DNA of 64,000 nt. It comes from Paragordius varius (Eukaryota > Animalia > Nematomorpha). Position numbers and translations under genes: made by a program. This document shows, one piece after another, positions 43,469 through 52,400 of this stretch. The stretch's first letter is position 1; every line of letters starts with the position of its first letter. Where the stretch lies: positions 2,604,001 through 2,668,000 of the forward strand of contig OZ176058.1 in assembly GCA_964247055.1 (NCBI GenBank). Reading direction: 5' to 3'. The notes under the pieces are model-generated. The model was given only the letters and a program-made list of their open reading frames with translations, made no database searches and was not told where the DNA came from.

Positions 43469-46400
43469 CATACATGTATATATTGAAAATGTTATTGTCG
43501 CAATATATGACCATTAAACATGCTTTTATACTGCACAGCTAAAAAATTGAAATATTTTAATTTTTAAATAAAATATAGAATTAAATTAATATTAAAAAAT
43601 TATTAAAAAATTTATTAAACTTTTTCAAAAATATGAAAAAATATTAAAACCTAAATAGAATTAAATATAAATACCAATATATAACTACATATTTTTAATG
43701 CATCCCTTTAATGTATAAATGAAATTTTTTAAATTATCAGTATGCATTAGTTCGTAAACTTTGCTTAAAATTAAATTAAAATTTGATATTTAGCATCTTT
43801 TATTTTATTGAGGAAAAACAACTCTCGAACCGCAAAAACAACTTATTTTATATCAATCACGCAAAAAATCAATAAAGTTTTGTAAAGACGAAAATTAACA
43901 ATTATAATTTTAAAATATACTTTTTAAATAATGCCAAAATTAAATCTCTATATATTATCGGATTATTAAAATATTTAGATTTAAAATGACTCTGATTGAA
44001 AATTCAAACGGTAAAAAAAAGTTTTAATAATTAAAATTTAGTTATTTGAAACTTTTTAACATGATTTTTTCTGTATAATCATATATTTAAATAGACAAAA
44101 AATTGAGGTTATTTATAAATGTTATTAACGTTGGGACAAAATCGAAGTTATGAAATTTTCTAAATGTTAACAATTTTTTATCAAAAACTGTAAAAAATTT
44201 CAAAAAAAATGTGTACGTAAAAAAGTTATAGTTCCAATCACTATGGAAGTTTTAAGTTCAACTGGGATTTGATAGGGGGCGCTTTTATATTCAAGTTGAA
44301 TTGCTTCATTGGCTTGATTTAAGGATATATTCTATTATAAAAATATATCAAATAATATATATATATATATATATATGCCATTTTGAACATTTAATATTCA
44401 CCCATTGAAAATAATCTAATTTTTTAGTAATCGTATTTTGATTGTTATAATTATTTATTGGTAATAAAATTTTAAAAATCAAAATAATAAAGGATATGAA
44501 AAGCATAGATATTCAAATAGAATTAAAATAACTGAAAAAAATTAAAAACTAAATAAAATTCTAACATTAAAATTAACCAAAGTAAATAGAGTGTTTTAAC
44601 ATATAATAAATAGTTATGTAACTTTTTTTTATACTTAGTGATTAAAATCTAAAATATACTATTAATCAAATTTTAATATTAAAATTGAGAGAATTAATCA
44701 TTATATTTATTAATAATTATATTTTAATTTAAGATATACAGCAAATAAATTCAATTCTGAAATATTTCAATAAACTCTAAAATCTTAAAAAGATATTAGC
44801 AAATTTTAAAAAAGTCTTAAGTAAACCTTAATATAGAGTGGATGTGGTCCATTATTAAAAACGCGAATTTCAAGCATTTTAGGGGCATCATAGGTACTAA
44901 GTGTGCCAAAATCTAATATATCTCGTGGGCTATATAGACCAGACTCTAAAATATATAGGATAATTGAAGTTATACGGATGAAATGTATAAATATAAGGAC
45001 AATTTTTTTTTCAAAAGACAACCATACTTTTTAAAACCTTATTATCCTATAAAAACAATATTTAATTACAATCGTAAATATATAATTAAATGTGTTACCA
45101 ATTGACATTTCTATATTATACTTTGTAATTTAAAACAATGACTTATATATAAAAAGTCAAGATTAAAAAAAGGTGTTGTCTTTTTGGAAAAAATATTTGT
45201 CTTTATATTTTCAAGTTTTGTCCGTATAATTTCAATTTTTACTGTAAAAATATAAACAGAATATTGATAATAAATAAATATCTTTCTTATGGAAACATTT
45301 GATAACTCATATATAATTTAAATATTTATTTTAAAATAATAAAAAAAATTAAGTAAACCGCAAAAAAACCAAAAATAACTCTTAAATTCTAATATCCCTA
45401 GATTACCTTAAGTAATACGCTCAATTTTAACCTTAAGATAGGCAAATTTTAGCTCTAATGAAAATGGATAAATTAGTTTGTAATTCCTTGGATATAAATA
45501 CCATTATTTTTTAAAAAAATCATATATTAATATCATAAAAACGGCTACAAATCTCAAAAAGCAGAAACCGTCCCAAAAAAACTACAAAAACTCTTAACGA
45601 GCGCAAAAAAACAAAACATCGTTGATAACCTTGAGTTACACTCAATTCAAACGTTGAAAATATATAATTTTTACAGTAATAAGCTAAGGCGTCGGATAAA
45701 ATAGTTTGTATATCCAATATTTTGAATATCCTTGTGAAACCATTATGCGAAAAACAGTTTTTATGTCTCAAAAACACCTCAAAACCCCCTAACTTCTAGA
45801 AAATCCTCAAAAAATATTAAAAAACATACTTTACCTTAAGTTTTATTAAATTCAAATGTCAAGATAAGCAAGTTTTGACTTTGAAGCCAATAAAGATTAA
45901 ATAAAAGAGTATGTAAATGCAAAATCTAAAAATTAAAGTCTGAAAACACCTCAAAACCGCCTAGAAATCTCACAAAAAACGCTACTTAGCATTTAAAACA
46001 CCCTCAAAATATCGAAAAATGTTTATTAAAAAGCAAAATTAAATCTAACGCTCAATTCAAACGCCAATATAAGCATATTTTGACTTTGATAAGCCAAAAC
46101 GGATAAATAGCTTGTAAATCCAAAATTTTTATAAAGTTTTTTAACTCTCAAAATTCCTCAAAACCGTCTAAAAACCCACAAAAAACGCTGCTTTAAAAAC
46201 ACTCTCAAAATATCGAAAAATGTTTATTAAAAAGCATAATTAAAACCTTGTGTTAAATTTAATTCAAAAGTCAAAATAAGCAAATTTGCCTCTGATAAGC
46301 CAAAAAAGATCGGATAAAATAAGTTTGTAAATTTAAAACTATATAAAAAAACAGTTTTTTAAGTCTCAAGACCCTTAAAACCCCCTAAAAATCCCACAAA

Positions 46401-49400
46401 AAAAGCTGCTTTAAAAACACCGATAAAATACAAAAATTTCTATTAAAAGCGTAATTAAACCTTGTTACACGCATTCAAACGCCAAAGAAAGGAGGAAATT
46501 TTAAGTTTGCAAAAAATATCGGATAAAATAGTTAGTAAAAAAATTTCATAAAAAAGACAGTTTTTTAAGCAACCTTAAAACCCCCTAAAATATAACACTT
46601 ATAAAAAAATATTCAAAAAATTACCTTGAGTTTTATTAAATTGAAACGCCATGATAAGCAAATTTTGACTCTAATGGTCCAAAAAAGATCGGATACAATA
46701 GTTTGTTAATCCAAATTTTTAAAAAAATAGTTTTTAAGTCTTAAGACACTTCAAAACTCCCTAAATGAATCCCACAAAAAACTATCCAAAGTTTTTTTGC
46801 GCAAATAAGTTGTTTTAAAGTCGAAAACGCCTAAAACGCTAAAACATTTTGAACGCTCGATTATGTTAGTATAAGCATTTGACTCTAATATGAGCCAAAA
46901 AGGAAACGGTAAAAAAAACGCTTAAACTCTAAAAACGCTAAATATCCATTTAATGCTAAATATCAGTTTAAAATCGTAAGATTTTTGTTGAAAATCCATC
47001 CTTTACCTTGTTTTACGCTCAATTCAAACGTTAGAATAAGCAAATTTTGACTTTGGTGAGCCAAAAAAGGATCGGTTAAAATAGTTTGTAAATCGAAAAT
47101 TTTTGAAAAAACAGTTTTTATGTCTCAAAACACCTCAAACGCCCCCAAAATATCCCACAAAAACGCTACTTTAAAACAGTAAAATATCGAAAAATGTTTA
47201 TTATAAAGCATAATTAAACCTAACGCTCAATTCAAACGCCAAGATAAGCAAATTTTGAGTTAGATGAGCCAAAAAGGTCGAAAATAGTTTGTGGATTAAA
47301 AATTTTAAAAACAGTTTTTTAAGTCTCAGAACCCCTCAAAACCACCTAGAAATCCCACAAAAACTCTAAAAACCAAAAACCTTCAGGAAAAAATAAAATC
47401 CATACTTTACCTTGTGTTACGCTCAATTTAAACGTCAGGATAAGCAAATTTTGACTTTGGTGAGCCAAAAAAGGGTCAGATAAATTGTTTGTATATCCAA
47501 AATATTTATACCTAAAAAACTCTCGAAAAAACGCTAAATATCATTTTAAAATGGTAAAACTTTTGTTAAAATCCATCCTTTACCTTGTGTTACGCTCAAT
47601 TCAAACGTTAGAATAAGCAAATTTTGACTTTGGTGAGCCAAAAAAGGATCCGTTAAAATAGTTTGTAAATCCAAAATTTTGGGCCCTGGTCCCACGGTTA
47701 GTGTTACGGTGTCAGGGACGCCACCTCGTTTCTGTTGAGCTAAAAAATCCTCAGCTGATATAAATTCCTTATTGGCTGAAGGAGCATTGCTTGGACCATT
47801 AGAATGGCGTTCCTTTTCATTTAAATGTTCAATTTTGATGGCGAGATAAGCTGTTTGCCTTTCATTTGCATTGCCAAGAATCATATTATTTTTATTGGCG
47901 GAGAGGAGCGGAAATTTCCGGGCTAAAAAATGGGATATAACCACAGGTTTGGTTTGAAACGGTGATAAATTCTAGGAAAATTATGAAAAATTTTAGAATA
48001 TATATTAAGAAAAATAAAAAAAAATTTGTACATGAAATATATTTAAAATTAGGCTAAAATGCGTATATGAAAATAAATAATTATCGACCTTAATTGTAAC
48101 TTTATTCATTTTTTCGATAAAAACTTTACAATAAAGGTCGAAAAATAAAATTTATATCTTTATCAGATACGCCTTGTAGCTTAATTTTAAATAAATTTCA
48201 TAATTAATAATGCGTAATTCTCTCAAATTTGTATATGATCTTAAAAAAAGATTTATATATATAGGAGTTATTTGAATAAGCCTTCCGTATTTTGGGTCGT
48301 CTTATTTTAGAATTGTAAGGATCCATAGTTAGTTGAGCAAATAAAATTATTAAATTAAATAATGAATCAATATAAAAAAATATTTCAAAATAATAAAATA
48401 AAAATAGTGATACTTAAATTAAATGATCGGAAATTAATAAAAAGCATGTTTAAATTTGGGGCAAAATGTAAAGCAAGATTATAATTTATTATTAACAAAA
48501 ACAGTTTAATATAATCAACATTTGTTAATGTAAAAATTCCGAATTCCATTAGAAATAAATTACAGTATGTATTTTAATGATTGCTTATTATTTCACACTA
48601 TGGTTGGCAGCCAATATTTTTCAACATAGTAGTGTATGGCAAAAAAACAACAAAATATCGAATAAAATAAACAACCTTATGTAAGAAATGAAAAAAAATT
48701 GTTTATTAAACATTTTTTGTTGTTTTTTCCATACAGTACTGTGTTGCAAATCGACCAACTATAGTTTGAAATAAGCAACCATTGAAATGACCACTGTACA
48801 TAAATATTGATAAAAAGAATAAATGATTATAAAATTTCGTTTTCAACATATGCATATAAAATTATTTGAACATGCCCTTGTTAAAAAACGGTATATTAGA
48901 ATACTATATTAGAATACTATATATTATCCTAAAAATCTATTTAAAAGTATAAAATATATAAAAAATTTAATATAAAAATCAAATTTAAAAAGTTAAAAAA
49001 ATAAATACCCAAATACGTTGAGAATTTATGCCAAAACCATAGGGTAATTCCAAATGAAAATCAGGATCACTAGTCCACATTTCTGTAATCTATATTAAAT
49101 ATTTATTTTTATATAATTTCTTATACGCTTTTCTCCATAAAAGTTTTTCTTAATAAATTTAAATGCGTAAAACTTTAAATAATTTTTATAATACCCTTTT
49201 TATCAATACTTTTTTATTTGTAAAAAACAATTTTTTAGGTAAAATAGCATTATCATTTGAGATAATTCCGTGTTCCTGTAGTATGCAGAATTATTGGACA
49301 ACATTGTTTTTAAGTTATATAAACTGTTAAATTATTAAAAAATAATCAATACAATAATTTTATTTTTTTACTAAAATGATGATAACTATTAGAAATATAA

Positions 49401-52400
49401 ATAAAAATATTAACTTAAATAGCATTATATTAGAATTTAAACATCCGAATTTTAATTTTATTTTTGAAACTATAAAACAGATATATATATATATAACCAT
49501 GAAAAACGTTAATTATTTGAATTTTTAATCTTTTTTCTAAATTTTAATTTACTAAATTTTAAAACTAAAAATGTAAAAAACTTGAATCGCATGATAATAT
49601 GGATTAAACATGTGGATTATGGGGTCAAACGAAGCCCCATAAGCCAATTGGCCCTTATAATAACCCCGAATACGGTAAGGGTTAGGTATGCTGTTTGCTG
49701 TTATCTAAAATAATAAAAATGAGAATGAATAAATATGTGAATATAATATATTTTGACTTAAAAAGTTTGAATAATTTTCTTAAGCTGTTCCCATTTAAAA
49801 TTCAAAATTTTTAAAACCATAAACTGCATTATAAATTATATTATAAAAGATTCTTTTTTACTTTTTTATTTTGAGTATAAAAAATATTAATTGGACTGAT
49901 AATATGAAATATTTTGATAACTACAAGCAAATTTTAAAATTTATTAAAGGTGTTTACTAAAAAATTTAACTTTAAAAACCTTAATTAGGTATACCTAAAA
50001 AAAATTTCTACTTTTGTAATAGATTATCAATAAACTTTAAATTGTATATAAATGAATTTCTCGACTTATTTAACTGTGAATAAAAAAAAATTCTTTAAAA
50101 TGGTTTTTTAATTGGTTTGTTTAACAAACAATTAAATCTTATGTAATTATGATTGTATATAATGAGTCATTAAAAAAAGTATCATATAAAATAAACTAAC
50201 TTACATTGTATTCAAAATCACCGACCGAAGTTTTCAATATCAAAGTTTCCTGAATTTTCCCGACTTCAGGTGCCAAAAATGTCACCAAAAAACTGGCATT
50301 CAATCCAGGGTCAATGATCTAATTAAAATTTTATAAAAAAATTAAAATAATTTTATGATTAATGAATTTGTTCTTTAGATCTGGGGGGTGTTCAACACAA
50401 ATTTCACGGCTGCTTTAGTAATTTTGTTTTTTTTATACCAATTTTAAATGATATGTCTTTTTACTAATCGTAAATTTTTGATAAAAATCGAGTTATTTAT
50501 ATTTTTGACATTTTTGGTGAGTTTGCGTGCTGTAAAAAAAGCGTGTTGGACATATTCCTGTTTTAGATGCAGGTATACATATGACATATTATTAAGGAGA
50601 ATTTAAAAAACGTTTCATGATTATAAATAACTAACGTTTCGGGCTGCTACGCAACCAAAAAAACCCGTTTTTTACACGGTGTGGGCCCGAACAGGGGGCC
50701 TTATTCAAAAAAAGGCGAAGCTATTGTCGGGGCATTCATTAATGATTATATTTTTTCGAGGTTTGGAATTGAATGGGTCTACCGGTTTTCAAGAAACAGA
50801 AAAGCCTACCATTTTTATAAATATATAAAGATTGATAGTGTTTTTCATTGAATTGTTACATTGCATGCACACCAGGGGTATCCAATACGTTACTTTATGC
50901 GCGGTCCGCGGAGAACAATTTGGAAATCCATAAATTATAAAAATATGCTCAGAAAATCCTAATAACATATCTACATTTCCTTAACAATTTTCTAAATAAG
51001 TCTATATAATTGGTAAGAAGTCGAAAAAAATTGTTATGTATTTGCATTTTCCATTTTTATGTTTAAAATCTAATTTTAATTCTTAGGAATGCCCATATAT
51101 ATTTCGAATGCGGCCAGTTAGTTTTTTGAGTCAAAAATGTGGCCCGTAAAGCCATTTATGTTGGAAACCCGTGAGATTTAAACATTAAGTAATTTTATTG
51201 GAGGCTTAAAGTTGGTGAACAGTAAAATATGCATGTTTTATTTTTGTTTCCTCTAATTTTTATCTGATGATAATGCTCTTTAGCGTAAATTCTCTTAAAG
51301 CAATATATATATATAAATATATGTATGAAAATTAATACTTTGATTAAAATTTCGTCGACGCCTGTTAAAGAATTATATACCATTTGTACTTCAAAAGTGT
51401 CTTTCAACATTAACACTTTAATACTTCAAGTTGCTCCTTAATTTTTTTAAAGTTTGCGTATAACCATAATTTTCACATGTTTAATCGATTTTTTTTTATT
51501 TTTTCATCAATAACTTTATATTTTTGAATATATACTTAACATTTTACTTTATAAAACTTTTTTGTTTTTAATTAATTTCGTCCAATTTAACAAAATAAAT
51601 ATTAAATTAAAAATATTAACAAAAAATTACAATTATTTACGCACAAAACTTAGATATTTTTAAATTATAATCTTATTTGTATTATAAAATATTTTAAAAG
51701 TAGAGATATACGGTTCTTGAATGAAAAAAAAGTTGATATTCATTTAAAATTTAGGTTAAATAAAATAAATTGTAATTAGCAATAAAATTAAAATGTTGAA
51801 AACCCAACTTGAAATGTTCAAAAACCAACTTAGGCTTGAAGTGCATATGGTATATTTACAAAAATCGACAAATTATATGTTTTTTAAATATAACTAAATT
51901 TCATTATAGTGTTTATTTAAAAATTTGCATATTCCTCCACATAAATAACGGATTATTGATTTGAAAATTTTGCGAGTCTAATATTGATAATGGTTGTGAT
52001 GTTTTATATGTTTAAAATTTTATTTAACACTTCGATTCAAATTGGAGGTTTTAAATACTCCAGACAATATTTAAGTTAATATTTTTAAAAAAAACTGAAA
52101 GAAACGGTTCCAATTTAAATTTATGCGTTAATCCTAATATATAAATAAACCAATATCTAGATAAAATTTAGTTTTGAAAAAAAAGTTCCGTTCAAACAAC
52201 TTCGACGCCATTTTTATTTTACAATATTTTTGCAAATTATCGTGCTTATTTGATTTTAAGGCTAAAATTAGATTACCTTTTTAATAAAATCACAAACATT
52301 AATTTTAACAGAAAAAGTGAATATTTTGTAATATTTTTATTAGGTTATGCACACATGTCATGTTGGCTAAATTTATACCTTTGGATTTTACCTCTAAATA

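Noticed and set aside
45520-45777. ORF resembling the end of exon 8 as an alternative exon
   Set aside because: Decayed echo copy with no suitable acceptor and a diverged sequence; treated as part of the array
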